Shown here piece by piece: positions 36,985-51,286 of a DNA stretch of 64,000 nt. Position 1 is the stretch's first letter; each line of letters starts with the position of its first letter. The position numbers and the translations under genes were made by a program. Origin of the DNA: Antedon mediterranea (Eukaryota > Animalia > Echinodermata); NCBI RefSeq assembly GCF_964355755.1, contig NC_092680.1, positions 17,679,045-17,743,044 on the forward strand. The letters run 5' to 3'. Below the pieces are notes generated by a model, which searched no databases, had not been told where the DNA came from, and saw only the letters and a program-made list of their open reading frames with translations.

Positions 36985-39494
36985 ATGGCTTCAACATTAG
37001 CTGATTCAGCTTTGACTGATCATTCTGCAAAATCAGACGATGATGATGAAGAGGAATCATTTGACCATGTTTTGGAGGAATTCTCAGCATTGCCATCCAG
37101 CCCAATAGCCAAGAGAAGAAGCTGTGATAGCTGTGGGTATGTTTATAGCCTGTCTCATCTCCTATTCTAAAATCCTGGATCCCCACTTTATAATGTATTA
37201 CACACTTAAACTTCATTTTGGATTAGCTATGAATGAACATATCTGCTGTAATATTTCTGAATTGTTGAGTGATAACTGTTACTCTTAATAAATCATTATT
37301 ACACAGAGTATACAATTGCCATATCTGTACTCACTGACATTGTATTTTGTGTTCTTTTTTGTTTTAGTCGTCCAATAAAAGTGTGTATATGTTCTGCATT
37401 TCCTAAAGAAAGGTTAAAGATTTCAACCAATGTGATCATCATGCAGCATCCGTGTGAGGAGTCCAAAGTCCTGAGAACCGTTCCCATTTTAAGCAGCTGT
37501 CTTGCAGAGGATAAATGCAAAGTTGTCATTGGTCGACGTTTTTCATCAGTCAGGTATATTTCACTTGTACAGTGCAGGGCAGTCGTTTAAGCTAAGTTCC
37601 CATGCAAGGATGTAAACACAACGCAAACATGTTGACTAATGAAAAGCAACAGTTCAATTTATCGCTTGTGATTGGTCAACTACCTTACATTGCATTACAT
37701 CCTTGTGTTGCATCTCTGGTGGAAACCAAGCATTACCAAGCATGGCTTAATGCAAAGTGAAGAAAATTATTTACTGTGTGCATGTCAAATATGAAATATT
37801 ATATAAATTTGCCAAAACATTGGGCTGCAACCCAAAGTTGCAGAACATTATTACATGCATTATGGTATAATGAACATTACATTATTGAAATTCAAAATTT
37901 CAGACACCCAGACTTGGCATCTATTTGTTCTGATGACAGCTCTCTGCTACTTTTTCCAGGAGCTGATGCTGTTGATATTCAGACGATTCCAGTTACTGAT
38001 AGATCTGAACCCTATAATCTCATCCTGTTAGACGGAACATGGCCTCAGGCTAAAGGATTGTATGCCAAGAATAAAATGTTACATTCAGTTAAGAAGGTAT
38101 TTATAACATATGTGTACTAACAATTAATGTACTGTACTGATAAACGAATAAACTACATTTTTAGTGAATTTGTATAAAACATCATTTTAGGACTACGTCA
38201 ATATATTAGTTTAAAGCATTGTCTACACTATCAAACTTTATGTGTCAAAAAAGTGTGATGTACCTATATATAGTAGTGCTATGCTTAAATATGGTAGTGA
38301 TATGACATCATCATGTCCATGGCACATCACATTTTTTTGACACATAAAGTTTTATAGTGTAGACAAAACTTCAGTGCTTTAATAGTATAAATGTAATCTT
38401 TTCATTTAGGTCCAACTTCAAGATGTTGGATTAAGTGAATATGTTATAAGGACACAACCCTCCAAGATGTCGCTTTCAACGTGCGAGTCTGCTGCCATTG
38501 CTCTGTCAATTCTTGAAAGGGATACAGATATTCATGAGGTCAGTTTTGATTCAAACTATACTTTAAACTGTTTAGTGAGGTTGCTGTGACAACATGTTCA
38601 GGAAGAGAATTCCAATTGTTTTGGTTATGAAGTTGCTAAAGAAAAATTTCTTTTAACGATGAACTGTTTAATTTATGCGAGTGAGTGGTTTAGACAGTGA
38701 AACCGTAATACGTAGCCATAAAATTGTCAAGCGTTCAGGGCTCACTCGCACCATGGTTCTGGTGGTAGAACGAGTCTTCTCAGATAAGGACTAATAAACC
38801 GTAGGTCTGGTGTACACATCTGGCTCATGTGCACTTTAAAGAACCTAGTACATCTTTCGAGACAAGTAGGGGGTTACCCCGGTGTACTAGTTCACTGTCA
38901 CAAACTCATCATATATATACACTGGGCCCTCTGAGAGAACAGTCTTAGACTGAAGAGGCAACCCAGTATAAAGAATAAATAATACCTATTATCTGAAGAG
39001 ATCTTTTCAGAAATCAAGTATTGAGTTTTTCAATACTTCCACTTAGTAATTTTTATGTAATGTGTGAATGAAAAAAAAAACCAGTTATTCATAATATTTA
39101 ATGCAATTGAATTTTCTTATAAAATTGTTAAGGGAAAAAATGCAGACTGGTAATCTAAAGCTCTGTCTACACCATCAAACTTTATGTGACAACAAAAATG
39201 TGATGTGCCCATATATGGACATGCATGTACTACCATATGTAAGCATATCACTACCATATTTGGGCACATCAAATTTTGTTGTCACATAAAGTTTGATAGT
39301 GTAGACAAAGCTTAACATGCCTGAAACATTAACATTTAATAAGTTGGTTTATTTTAACACAGGTTCTGGTGAAGCCATTGAGGGCACTGTGCAACTACCA
39401 ACTGCAGCATGGCGCAGTCGCTCATCATCACAAAGAAGACCCTGCATTACCAGAAAAGAAAAAGACTTATAAAAATAGATTAAAAAACAGGTGA
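36985..39494 (+). CDS. DTWD2: tRNA-uridine aminocarboxypropyltransferase 2 (DTW domain)
   Basis: [30 protein letters not shown] (DXTW motif), YVIRTQP, LSTCES. Exons 36985-37136, 37368-37553, 37904-38096, 38410-38538, 39363-39494. Confidence 0.92.
38214..38372. mobile_element. MITE family A copy
   Basis: GTCTACACTATCAAACTTTATGTG ... CACATAAAGTTTTATAGTGTAGAC. Confidence 0.85.
38677..38985 (+). mobile_element. tRNA-headed Deu-domain SINE
   Basis: tRNA-like head (GAGTGGTTTAGAC) followed by a Deu-like core TCTTCTCAGATAAGGAC..GCACTTTAAAGAACCTAG..AGTAGGGGGTTACCCCGGTG, with an A-rich tail. Confidence 0.65.
39159..39312. mobile_element. MITE family A copy with TAA target-site duplication
   Basis: TAA|AGCTCTGTCTACAC ... 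GTGTAGACAAAGCT|TAA. Confidence 0.88.
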
Positions 39495-40049
39495 CATTAC
39501 CATCACCATACTGCTTTTTGATTTTTAAAAGCTGTGAAATGTTATATTACATCTAATTTTATTTTTGTTGAGAGATTTAACTTAAGTCGCCATTTTCATA
39601 GACTGGTCAATTTTCAAAATAATTTCCTTCTAATCCTATTACATGACCAATACATATCTAAAACAAATTAAAGTACATCTCCAAGAAATTATATTAATAA
39701 TTAATAACTAATACAGTGTGAGAGCTATGATGGTGTGATTTTTCTATTTTTTTTTTAAAGTTTATTTCTGGTAAAACAAAGTGAAGTAATTAATAAAAGC
39801 CAAAACTAATTTCATGAGTCGACCCTTAGATTATTTTTAGTCCATATCACATCACAAGGAAGTTGTGATACGTGAATATATTTATATCTAGCTCTATCAA
39901 TGGTATCAAGCACTGTAACCAGACAATCTAGTTATCTCTTACTCGTGTATAGTCAGCAGATTAGATATACATGTATGTACCGTATATTTCGGTGTATAAG
40001 ACGCACTTTTGACACGCAAATTTGACCTCTAAATTTTGGGTGCGTCTTG

Positions 40050-41330
40050 TACACCTTATCAAACCTGCGAAGCATGTAGCCATTAAATCTGTCACAGGTA
40101 GCAAAAAGATTGTGGGGGTGTTGAATCGGTTTGGTCATTGTATTAACTACAACTGCCTAGAGGAATTAGAAACCGAAACAGCTGAGAAACTGCAAGAGAG
40201 AGAGAGGTTGCATGTCCGGAAAGTACAATTAAGTACCAACCTATGGGTCTTGCATTTGACAATTTTGATGAGATGACCAACACTTCATCAGGAGCAGAAA
40301 CGCTACATAACACAATGGGTATCAGAACATACCTAAGGCATCTCAAAGGACCCAACTTGTTGAAGCAAATTTAGAATTGCCTTTGGTAGTACCAAAATGC
40401 AGGAAGGACATGAGAAAAAGGTCGCTGAAAACATAAGATTTACTACCGACTCCATATTGGAAAAACACAAAAATGACTGTTACAGATGCACAAATGTATT
40501 CGATCTTACAGGTGTCAGTGGATCAGCAAAAAACTTGGATCTGGTCTGGATGATGTCCCATGCTCTTGATGTGAGTAATATTCCAATGTGGGTTGGATTT
40601 AATGCCAGTAGATACCAAGAAAATTTGCCGAAGCAAGAGGTCCGATACATGCCGAACTTACGCCAGCCAATCACCAGTCTTGAGGTAATCCAAGAAACCC
40701 TCATCACAACCCACCAAAGATGTGCAAAGGAGTGTCGGCAACAATTCCATTGTTTCGTATGATTTAAACGCAGCGAAACCTGCAATGCAAATTCAGGCCA
40801 CAGAAAAGCCCAGATTTGATAAAGTTTTTGTTATGCTTGGCACATTTCACATTGAGATGGTTTTCTTCAATGCAGGTGGAAAGATAATCTCAGATTCTGG
40901 AGGACTTGACATGCTTACAGGCACAGATGTTCTTGCCACAGGTTCATTGAATGGCTTTCTATCTGGCAAGCATTGCAAACGGCTCCACCCAATATTAGCT
41001 CTTGCCTTTAAAATCCTCCATTTCCAGAAATTCACGAAGGCATATGATGGCAAAGACAAGATCAAAGAATTCATCGAAAGTGTGGAAAATGGAGAAACTG
41101 CACTCGAATCTTTGGGGGAATCAGATGTCTTCATCACCGCTGCTGCTGCCTATACCAAGTACACAGATAAAACACGATCTGGAGACCATGGCTGCACAGC
41201 TCAATTCTGGATGATGTATGTTGATTACATCCATTTGTATCACAACTTAGAAAAGGGGCTACCAGGACCAATGATATTGAGTTATATATATACACAATTA
41301 CTTCTGTCATAGGCCGTGTTCATTTCCAGA
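40050..41330 (+). mobile_element. Academ-like DNA transposase relic (frameshifted, internally deleted)
   Basis: Motifs LNRFGHCINY..EELET, AFDNFDE..TSSGAETLHNTMGI, PMWVGFN, YDLNAAKPAMQIQ, MLGTFHIEM, HCKRLHP, AQFWMMY spread over several frames. Family assignment is from recall, not a search. Confidence 0.7.
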
Positions 41331-41639
41331 GCAATCCTAACTAAAGAAAAAATTATTATTTTAATTTTTAGATAAAAGTTAATTGACTTTTTATAAGGAA
41401 AAAATAATAATTAATCAAATAAACAAAGAGTTTAGATAACATTAGGCCTACGGATGCAAATCAATAAAGAAATGTATAACATTGTAGAGGGCGCAATAAT
41501 AAATCATAGTTTCTGTAAACTTTGAAGCTATCCTAAACACACATAAGGGCGTAAAAGTGTTTCATTCTATACTAACCCTGTTCCATTGTTTGTCATAAAA
41601 GTGTCGAATTATCCATACATAAAAAAGACAATGGGCTTA

Positions 41640-41763
41640 AGCTCTGTCTACACTATCAACCTTTATGTGAAAAAAATATGATGTACCCAATAGACATGAC
41701 AATACAGTACTACCATATTTAAGCATATTATCACTACCATTATTTGATAGTGTAGACGGAGCT
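41640..41763. mobile_element. MITE family A copy (internally deleted), TTA TSD
   Basis: TTA|AGCTCTGTCTACAC ... GTGTAGACGGAGCT|TTA. Confidence 0.85.
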
Positions 41764-42654
41764 TTACAACGCTATAATTATTTTTTGAAAAAAAATCAAT
41801 CCTTTATTTCTTGCTGCAAAAATGTGTTTCGCATTGTATTGTTTTTTAAAAGTCAGTATATTTCAAACTGATTGGTAAATAAAATAATACTAGAAACAAA
41901 AATACTAAAGTAATCATACAACTGTTTTAATGTAACATTTCATACGATACAGAATAATTGTTAAATAAAATATGACAGTTTAAACTATTAAACATAAGTA
42001 AATATTAGTTTTAATAAAATAATTTTATTATCAAAAGCGGTATTGATTATAATGATCTTTACTGCATTTAATATTATATTACCATTGCCATGACGTAGAC
42101 ATATTATACAGATATTGACTGCTTAGAGGTTAAATATAAGATTTGACATCCCCGAGGGAATGATATTATTAAGTTCGAGGGAATATATTTCCCGAAGCGC
42201 CAATATCATCGTTCTCGAGGATATATACGATTTACGATCCTCGCAGCGGTAGTCATGTGATGCAGTTTCAACCAATCACGTTAGCGTATTTACATAGGCT
42301 ATGTAATATATATATATATTATAGATAAACAACGAAATACGTGTTATATTAATATTGGATGGAAATGGTGTAATTTTTTATGTACAATTTTATTAGTTTT
42401 TTGGGGTTTCATTCTTAGTATAAACAATTGTTATTATAAAGATCGATATTTTTTATCTCTTATATCTTATAAAGCACACAAACAAGTTTTATCTTTTTAT
42501 TCATCAGTCAGATTTCTTTGATAACAGTGTTCTGTTTTTGTTTGTATTAATGTGTTGAATGGACTCGTCGGTTTTATTATCATCGAATAGGCCTGTTATC
42601 TTTGACCAGTAAACACAAGTTCAACATATTTGAGAAAACGCAAAAGAAGAGAAA

Positions 42655-44725
42655 ATGAGTTCCAACGTTGTTTGTTTTGTCGTGCTCTTTGGTTCGGTTC
42701 TAAGCCTACTTTGTAATGAATATGCTTTTGCGAGTTCTCATCTATATACAGTGGTTTCACAACGTTCTCTTCTGGGCTGGTGGTACCAGATTCCTAACGT
42801 CAATCGTGCTGGATGTTTGCTGGCTTGTTCTAAGAAACTGTACTGTTGGTCTGTTAATTACAATAAGCAGGAGCGTTTGTGTCAAATGAATACAAATGTA
42901 AAAGACAAAGAATCTACAGAAAATTTTCAGCAACATCTTTCATTTGAATACATAGAGAAGGTAGGTTCCATTACATAATGCCAATATTTTTTCAAAACTA
43001 AACCGTATTTATGACATCATGCTTTAATGTCAATAGAAATAATTCAATTTGCTACGAACTAACTGGTCTTTTCAACTGATGACGTGTCGACTGGACGGTC
43101 GTCTTCTGGACATAAACCATCAAAACGGTGTCGAGGCGAGGAATGACGACACAGTGACGTCGCGTGACGTACTTTGGTCGTCGGTCATTGCAAATATTGA
43201 AAGATCCCTAATATCCATTATAAGGAGTAAATTTTTATTTCTGGATGTACAACAACTTATTGTTAAATTCTGGAAGATTTGATTGATGTTTCTGTTAGTT
43301 TTTTGTTTTCAAATGTTGTATTTGTTATCTGAGGCGCCTTGAAGCTAAGGTGCTTCCACCTTGTGAGGCGCCTCTGTGTAATGTATTGAATAAAACATTT
43401 TTAAAAAGGATAACTGTTCAATGCCCATGTACAAAGATACCATTTTATTTCTTTTTCAATTATTTATCTTATCTATAGGTTTGGATGAAACTTTTAAGAA
43501 TAATCGTGAGTGTAATCATCTTTGCATTTCCTTGTAATGGTAGAAAGTTAGTCTTCACAATTTATTAAATAATACATCATTTCATCTACGAAATTAAGTT
43601 TTTAACAAACATTGAAAGATATTGGCCAAAAACTACAATTATACTATTTACATAGGTCTAAATTATACAAATTGTTTGTACAGGGCAGATTTATAAATAG
43701 GTATAAAAATGAAATAGATAAATGTATAAAATATGACACTAAAAATAATAATAAACTATGAAGTAGTGTATAATATTGTTGCCGATTGACACCTTTCCTG
43801 TTTTTAGATGGGATACATTATGTTTCACCTAATACTACATACGAAGTAGCCTCCGATACATGTAGCACTAACTTAGGTTCACTTGCATCGTATGAACAAC
43901 TTTACAGCGCATTTCAACCTCGTATGGACAACTGCACGGAGGGCTGGTTGATTAGTGGTGAGATAGCCTTCACTGAAATCAAAGGTGATAAATGTGCATT
44001 GAATTCACCAGATCGACGAAGTAATATTTTCCCAGACAAAACTTATCAAAGTGGCTAGTATTGTTACAGAGGACATAATCAACCATTAGGTGTATTTGAT
44101 TATATTCCGAAGAACCAACGAATTATACGACTAACTTTAAATTCAGTTAAACTGAACTACAGTGAATCTGAGGCAAGATGCAGTACTCACTTTGGTGGTC
44201 GGCTGGCGACTCCTTTTGAGGTTTATAACGCATCGTACTCACTAGGTGCTGATCTTTGTACAGATGGCTGGTTTTTGAGAGGATTGGCGGGGAATCCTTG
44301 TACAGACAATATTCCATCGGAATTTTGGCTGTATCCAACTGGTCACTACATTATGTTATCCGACCCATCAACAGAATTGTTTGCAATGTGTTATATTCCT
44401 TTACCAAACCAGAACATCATGTTTCCAGATCCATTTCCCTCTCACCGTGTGATGCTCGTCAGGGCAAGCGAAAGATACCAACTTACGTACCAGGATGCTA
44501 AGGATAGATGCTCTGCTTACACTGGAGGAGCACTGGCAACACGAGCACAACTACAAGCGGCACAATCAGCTGGTTATGATTGCTGTAGTTATGGCTGGGT
44601 TGAAAGTGGAGAAGTTGTTTTCCCTAACACGCATCCTCGAGGTGGTTGCGGGTAATAGTGGAATTAATAGCAATGGATTCGAAAGTCTTGATTCCACACG
44701 TGACGGTTATTGTTACATATTGTAG
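42655..44725 (+). pseudogene. Secreted PAN/Apple + 3 Link (Xlink) module gene, copy 1, disrupted
   Basis: Exon 42655-42960 signal peptide + PAN (CLLAC..CWSVNY..CQMN). Micro-exon 43479-43505 is out of phase. Exon 43808-44725 has Link motifs (LTYQDAKDRC..LATRAQLQAAQSAGYDCCSYGW..DGYCY), a stop at 44056 and frameshifts near 44150 and 44651. Confidence 0.75.
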
Positions 44726-45308
44726 CCGAAAAACGAAAAACTAAAGTAATAAACAATCTTTAAGCTGGATCATAATGGTACCACAACCATGAAAGATGTC
44801 TAGATCACGGCATGTCTACTTTTATCATTTAGAAAAGATAATCAGATGACGAGTTCCTAGATTTCGCGTCACGTACAACATGGATGGCAAACATCAAAAA
44901 GGAAACAGAACTTTTCACACGCGGACCTATATACATGCTTGCTCAAAAACTACCGAGTGGCGAACACAAGTGAGACGCGCAATGTCTAACGACGATTAGC
45001 GTTCACGATGATGATTAGTTAAAAGAGATGATCAGGAAGTTGGCAATTAGCAAGCCACGTGAACTCTTTACTAGTTTAATAGTTGAGTTTACCAAATTAT
45101 TGAGGCGTAGTTGTCGAAGTAGACCTGGTTTTGGTTGAAATACATGTAGCCTTATTAGTAAGACGAATGTTTAGCTACAACTATACTTGACATGTTGTAA
45201 TCGATTTATAATTAAGCACAATAGTTCGGTTCTACAGCCTTGTAACAAAAAAGAAGAAAATACTATGGCGTCATGTGCACAAACATATAGAAAAGACATA
45301 GATATACG

Positions 45309-46490
45309 TTGTTGTCTGTTTGGTTGGTTTGGTTGTTTGCTGATGATACATCTGATATTTTTTTATCCCAAAAAAATATTAATATACTTTTTGAAGCACT
45401 TAACAGGGAATTACTGTGTGTCTCAGATTGGTTCAAGGCTAATAAGCTATCGCTGAACATTGATAAAACTAATTGTTTATATTTTGAAAATGACAGAAGA
45501 CACGTCCGAGGGAATAATAATAATTTAAAAATCAAAAGTGATAATCTTTTAATTAAAGAAAAACAACATACAAATTTTCTTGAAATTACAATTGACACCC
45601 AATTTAACTGGAAACAGCAATTAACTAAAATGTCTAATCAGGTTTCAAGAAATATATATATTTTACCAACAAATAATCTTTTTTAATTATATAATACCAT
45701 GGTTCTTCCATATTTGTCAGATTGTAATTTATTATGGGAACTATTACAAATAAACATTGGCATTGCCCATGGACTACTACGGTAACTACAAAGTTGGACC
45801 ATCTCTTTAAATTACAGAAAAAATCGCTTCGTATTTGTTCTAAGTCAACTTATCTAGCCCATACCTAACCACTCTTTTTTAAAATTTAAAACATTAAATA
45901 CATTTGATATCAATAGTTTGCAATCTGCATTCTTTATGTACAAATACGAAAATAACAAACTCCCAAAATCATTTAATAACTACTACATAGCCAACTACAT
46001 AGTCATAATACACGCAATGCAAATGATTATCTTTTACCTAAAATGTACAAACAATTTGATCAAGAACTCTCTTAAATACCAAGGAGCTAAATTATGGAAT
46101 TCAATCCATGTAGATATTTAAAATGCATCTACAACTTCTAAATTTAAATTAGTATACAAGAACTATTTACTTTCAAGATATGATGAACGTTAAATATATA
46201 TATTTTATAAGACCAGTTAAGATCTGATATTATGGTTTAAATAGAAATTGTAGCTTTGTTTTCTTTAATTTATTATTAGTTTATGTATTTTTTGTTCTTT
46301 TTCATATTCAATGTTATATCTTGGGATGAGTCCAACTTAAAGTCGTTATGACTTATATGACTCTATCCCCTACCCCCCGCCACCCCACCACCCCACCCCC
46401 ACCCCACATAATCACTTCATTGCATTTATGTATCTATTTTATTATATTGTGGAAATAAATTGAAATTGAATTGAATTGAAAATTGAATTG
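45309..46490 (+). mobile_element. 5'-truncated CR1/L2-group LINE (RT C-terminus and 3' UTR)
   Basis: LFADDT, WFKANKLSLNIDKT, YQGAKLWNSI, many frameshifts, and an (AATTG)n tail at 46455-46490. Confidence 0.85.
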
Positions 46491-47032
46491 TTGTCACATA
46501 ATACTCTAAATATCAAATCTGAGACTCAGGTCCTCGTTACAATCAAAATAAAACATCCATAAAAAAACATTAAAACACATAAACAGGTTACAATATCAAT
46601 AGTGTACATCCGGCCATCACAATTGTTGTTTAAATATAATAAAAGAATTGATATATTTTTTATAATATGCCTTATCAAAATAAAATTCAGATTAAATAAT
46701 GGTGATATTGGTGATAACGAATATTACTGCATTTTATTATTATTTACTCAAGCCAGGACGACATTTGATATTATAATTTTAAAAAAGCAAAAGCAATTAT
46801 TATGTGGCAATGGCGTAAAAAAAGTTTGATTTTATTGCTTGTACAATTTTCTCATTAACGAAGATCAATATTTTGTTATCTCTAATACATACACGCTTAT
46901 TTTAATATTTGTCAACATTTCCTTTCATTTACCAGTAAGATTTCGTTGCTAGCAGTTCTCTTCTCAGTAGCGTTTGTTTACAATATTATAAGTCTTTTAT
47001 CTTTGACACAAGTTCAACTTATTGAGAGAAAA

Positions 47033-48252
47033 ATGAGTGGCAACAAGTATTTCGCCGTACTCTTGTGTACACTCATAGGTCTATTCTGTAGTGAGCCTGC
47101 CTTAGCGAGTTCCCATCTATATACAGGGGTTTCACAACGTTCCCATCTGGGCTGGAGTTACCAGCTTCCTAACGTCAATCGTGCTGGATGTCTGCTGGCT
47201 TGCTCCAGGAAAGTATACTGCTGGTCTGTTAACTACAAAAAGCAGAATCGTTTGTGTCAAATCAATAAAAATGTACAAGACAAAGCATCTACAGAAGATT
47301 TTCAACAAGATTGTTCATCTGAATACATAGAGAAGGTAGGTTCTATTCACATACAACTACTAAACCATATTCCATTCCATTTTGATAAAAGACAACACAT
47401 GGTTTGTTTTTGAAAACCCCATTTTGTCTTTAATTATAGACAAACCATTGTCTGATCTTTAAAAACAATGGTTTGTAGTTTTAAAGCATGGTTTTGTTTA
47501 AAAGTATTACATTTCAATTATTGTTCTTTATCTATAGGTATTGGATAAAAGTTTTAGGAATCGTGAGTGTAATAATTTTCTTTTTATTTCCACGGTAGAA
47601 AGTCTCTTTACAATTATTAAATAATACATCATGTCTGAATTGTTATATTATCTGTCGATAAACATCGTTCCTATTCCAGAAAAGTACATTTTAAAACATT
47701 TTTTTTTACGATTTACTGAAGTTAGAAAATTCTTGTAGCTTTTTTTCCAGACAAGGCATCTCAGAGTGGCAATTATTGTTACAGAAGATATAATCAACAA
47801 TTAGGTTTGTTTGATTATATTCCGAAGATCCAACGAATTATAAGGCTGACAGGTTTAAATTCAGATAAACTGAAGTACAGTGAATCTGAGGCAAGATACA
47901 GTACTCACTTTGGTGGTCGACAAACCAGACCATCACGTTTCCATATCCATTTCCCTCTCACCGTGTGATGCACGTCAGGGGAACTGGAAGATACCAACTT
48001 ACGTACCAGGATGCTAAGGATAGGTGATCTGCTTACACTGGAGGAGTACTGGCAACACAAGCACAACTAAAAGCGGCACAAGCAGCTGGTTATGATTGCT
48101 GTCACTATGGCTGGGTTGAAAGTGGGGAAGTTATTCTCCATTTGACAGTTGCTCGAAGTGGTTGTGGAGATGATCCAATCACTAATCCAATTACAAGTCG
48201 CGGATTCGAAAGTCTTGATTCTACACATGACGGTTATTGCTACATACTGTAG
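47033..48252 (+). pseudogene. PAN + Link module gene, copy 2, disrupted
   Basis: Paralog of copy 1. Exon 47033-47335, 25-nt micro-exon 47538-47562, last exon lacking most of Link modules 1-2, Cys-to-TGA change at 48025. Confidence 0.75.
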
Positions 48253-49189
48253 CCGAGCCAGACAAAAGGGCTACAGTTTAACTTGAGTGAAAATTTGTAT
48301 ATTAGTTACTAGGTGGAAGGATCCAGGGGAAACGCAGGGGCGTGCACCCCATTCTTTGACAGCCAAGATGAAATATTTTATATCACTTATTATTATAGGG
48401 AGGTCAATGAATATACATAGTGAAGACATAGACTAAGACATACATCAAATAGGTTATGTCAACCTGTTTTCTGTAAACCAGTTCGTTGGCTGCGCCCGCA
48501 TGGTATAGTCGACTTTGTCCTGTGGAACTTGGGAATAGCAAATCCCTGTGGTAGACCCATCGCCTATGGGTTTGAATTTGGTTAATAGTCAAGAGAAATT
48601 ATGTATCGGCCATGAGTTATTACACTGTATTGAAGATATCATCTATCTTTCAACTCTCTGATTTTCAAAGAAAATCTTAGAGAAAACCAAAAATTAAGCC
48701 CCAGCTCAAATCTATTTGGCTATTAGCACACACGTCTTAGGACCAGAAATTCTGGATCTATACCCTCTGAATGCCAATACTATAAACAGCCGGATGCCTA
48801 TATTACTACACGTCATGTACATCTATGTATGTATCTATGTACATCACCTGTCTACAACAGAATCAATTGACAAGATCTTATATCTTTTCAAGGAGATGTA
48901 TCCTCCTGATCTTTGTATAGGCCTACTGCACCTTTAGCAAGTCATGCACTTTTACTAGTTCTCAGAAGTATACCCATAATTATTATTGACGCGTTGTCTA
49001 CATGACGATTTCGGTTGAAATACACGTACACAGCTTTAATAGTAGGGCGAATTATTTGTTTATTTTTGTATTTTATAATAATGATGAAGTAAGAGCAGTT
49101 TTCTGTTTGGGCTCATGTCTATTACTTGCTCCTGGCAAGATGAAATGTAGTTATTATTATTGTTATTATTGTTTTTTTGTTTTGTTTGT

Positions 49190-49960
49190 TTGTTTTATTG
49201 GTTTCTCCACACATTTTAAAATAAAAGATAAAAATTACAAATTACAAATAAGATAGACACATAACTTAAAAAATACAATAAACATAAAAACATCAAAAAT
49301 GTGCAGATGGAGGTCAAAATAAGTTGCGGACAACTTGAAGTCATGACCACCAGTTAAAAGGGTTTAAAAGTAAAAAAATAGATAATGTATGTATAACAGT
49401 CCGGCTTACAATAAAAATAAAGAAGCTTAAATTGTACAATTACCAGATGAACAATATGATAAGGTAATTCAATTCAATTAAGCGAAGAAGAAAGGAAACA
49501 AGACCAAGAACGGGATATTTAGCTACCATATGCTGCGACCAAAGACTTTTTTAGGTTAGATTTGAACAAAGGTAGATTAGGTAAAGATTTTAATGAAATA
49601 CTTAATAAATTCCATAGTTTAGGACCATTATAAACAATTGATTTTCTTCTTAAATGAAATGTATGCTTTTCAGATAAAATATTTGTTTTAGCAAATCTCG
49701 TATTGTAATTGTGAATATCAGGTTGTTGTTTAGGAAATAAAGAAATAATATGATTTGGTAAAGAGTGATTTTTTAGACGATACATAAAAATATAAGTTTG
49801 TAATTTGTGTAAATCAAATACATTAAGTATATTACATTTATTAAATAAGTTTTTGGTGTTAGCTATTCTGGTTGACCCTGCACAAATCCTGATAGCACGT
49901 TTTTGTAGTTTAAAGATGTTGTCAATATTGATTGCTTCAGGACTCGTCCAGGGACTACAC
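49190..49960 (-). mobile_element. CR1/L2-group LINE 3' fragment
   Basis: PW..KLQKRAIRIC..HNYNTR..YNGPKLWNLL..FKSNLK. Confidence 0.8.
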
Positions 49961-51286
49961 ATATACATACTGTTTTATAATTGTTTTTTGAATTAAGCAC
50001 AAGAGTTAGTTACACTGTCCACAAGCACAGGGACAAATTTAAATGCAAACAATGACAATGCGATAAATACCATACTTTATTTAAATTCTAGTTAGGCTAC
50101 TTTAGTTTGCAAGATTAGGAAAAGCGAACTAATCGGCAATATAAATTATAACACAATTGTGCTTTGGCAACCAATTTGAATTGTTAGAGGCACTTTGGTG
50201 GATCAATACGGTAGTAAGTAATCGTTCGTTTTTAATTGCAAGGTTAAGTATGTAGAATAAAAATGTGTAAACTACAATGTTTTATTTCAAATAAGTTTAT
50301 GTAATATGTTATTCTAAATATTGCAACACACGGCTTACAATAATTGATCAATACATTGTACTCGGTATTCGTGACTATATTTCATTATACACGTCAAACC
50401 CAAATACATGGATAGCAATTTTGACGTTAACGACGCACACGGAGCCCCCTCCCCCCCCCCCGCCCCCTCCACCCTTATATCAGCCAAATATATTAGTTTT
50501 ACTTGTAATGACGACTTTAAAACCACGATATTTATATAACATAAGTACTGAAACATTTCTGTTGCCTTTAAATTAAGTCCTCAAAATATAGGGGAAAATG
50601 TCACGTTTTAAAACCTTAGTTTTCATATTTAAAATATTAATTGTTAATTAACAAAATACATTTATAATAACGTGAGAGTGTCATTTTCAAAATCGCATCA
50701 ACTCAGCCCCACCATGGTTGAGAGTGTGGCGCCGCTTCTTCAGAAAATCTTGGACCTGCGTTTGTTGTAAATAAAATGCACCAAATATAACCAAATCTTT
50801 ATTTACAACTAAACATATAAAAATAAAATGTACAGAATACTCTTCCGTGACAGAAGTCAGTAACGGCGTTCCATAAACGACAGCAAAGTAGACGTAACAG
50901 TAGTTTTATTTCCTTTGTGCTAACTTTGTCACGCCCCCATCTCAGCCTTCGACACACTTCACAGAACAATCCTATATCAGCTGCGACAATTTTTCAGGTT
51001 CAGGTAGACAATAACAACAAAGCAACAAGTACAGTACGCGGGAAGTATATGCCTTGGTTTATTGCACAACGATTTCATTTAATCCCAATATTTACACCGA
51101 ACGTTTACATGGTTAACTTATATTTCATCTTATCAAGAAATTTTATCGGTTTCGTAAATTGTAAGGTGGAGGATATTATTTTCTGGAAGACAAAAGGACC
51201 GCTTGACAACAGACTGGATAATAACACTACCACGTGCGGAAATAAGCTCCCGTTCGATCTTTTATTTAAAGGTAGGGGAAAATCAA

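Noticed and set aside
48025-48027. Selenocysteine TGA replacing Cys in Link copy 2
   Set aside because: The same exon has large deletions and no evident SECIS; pseudogenisation is simpler.
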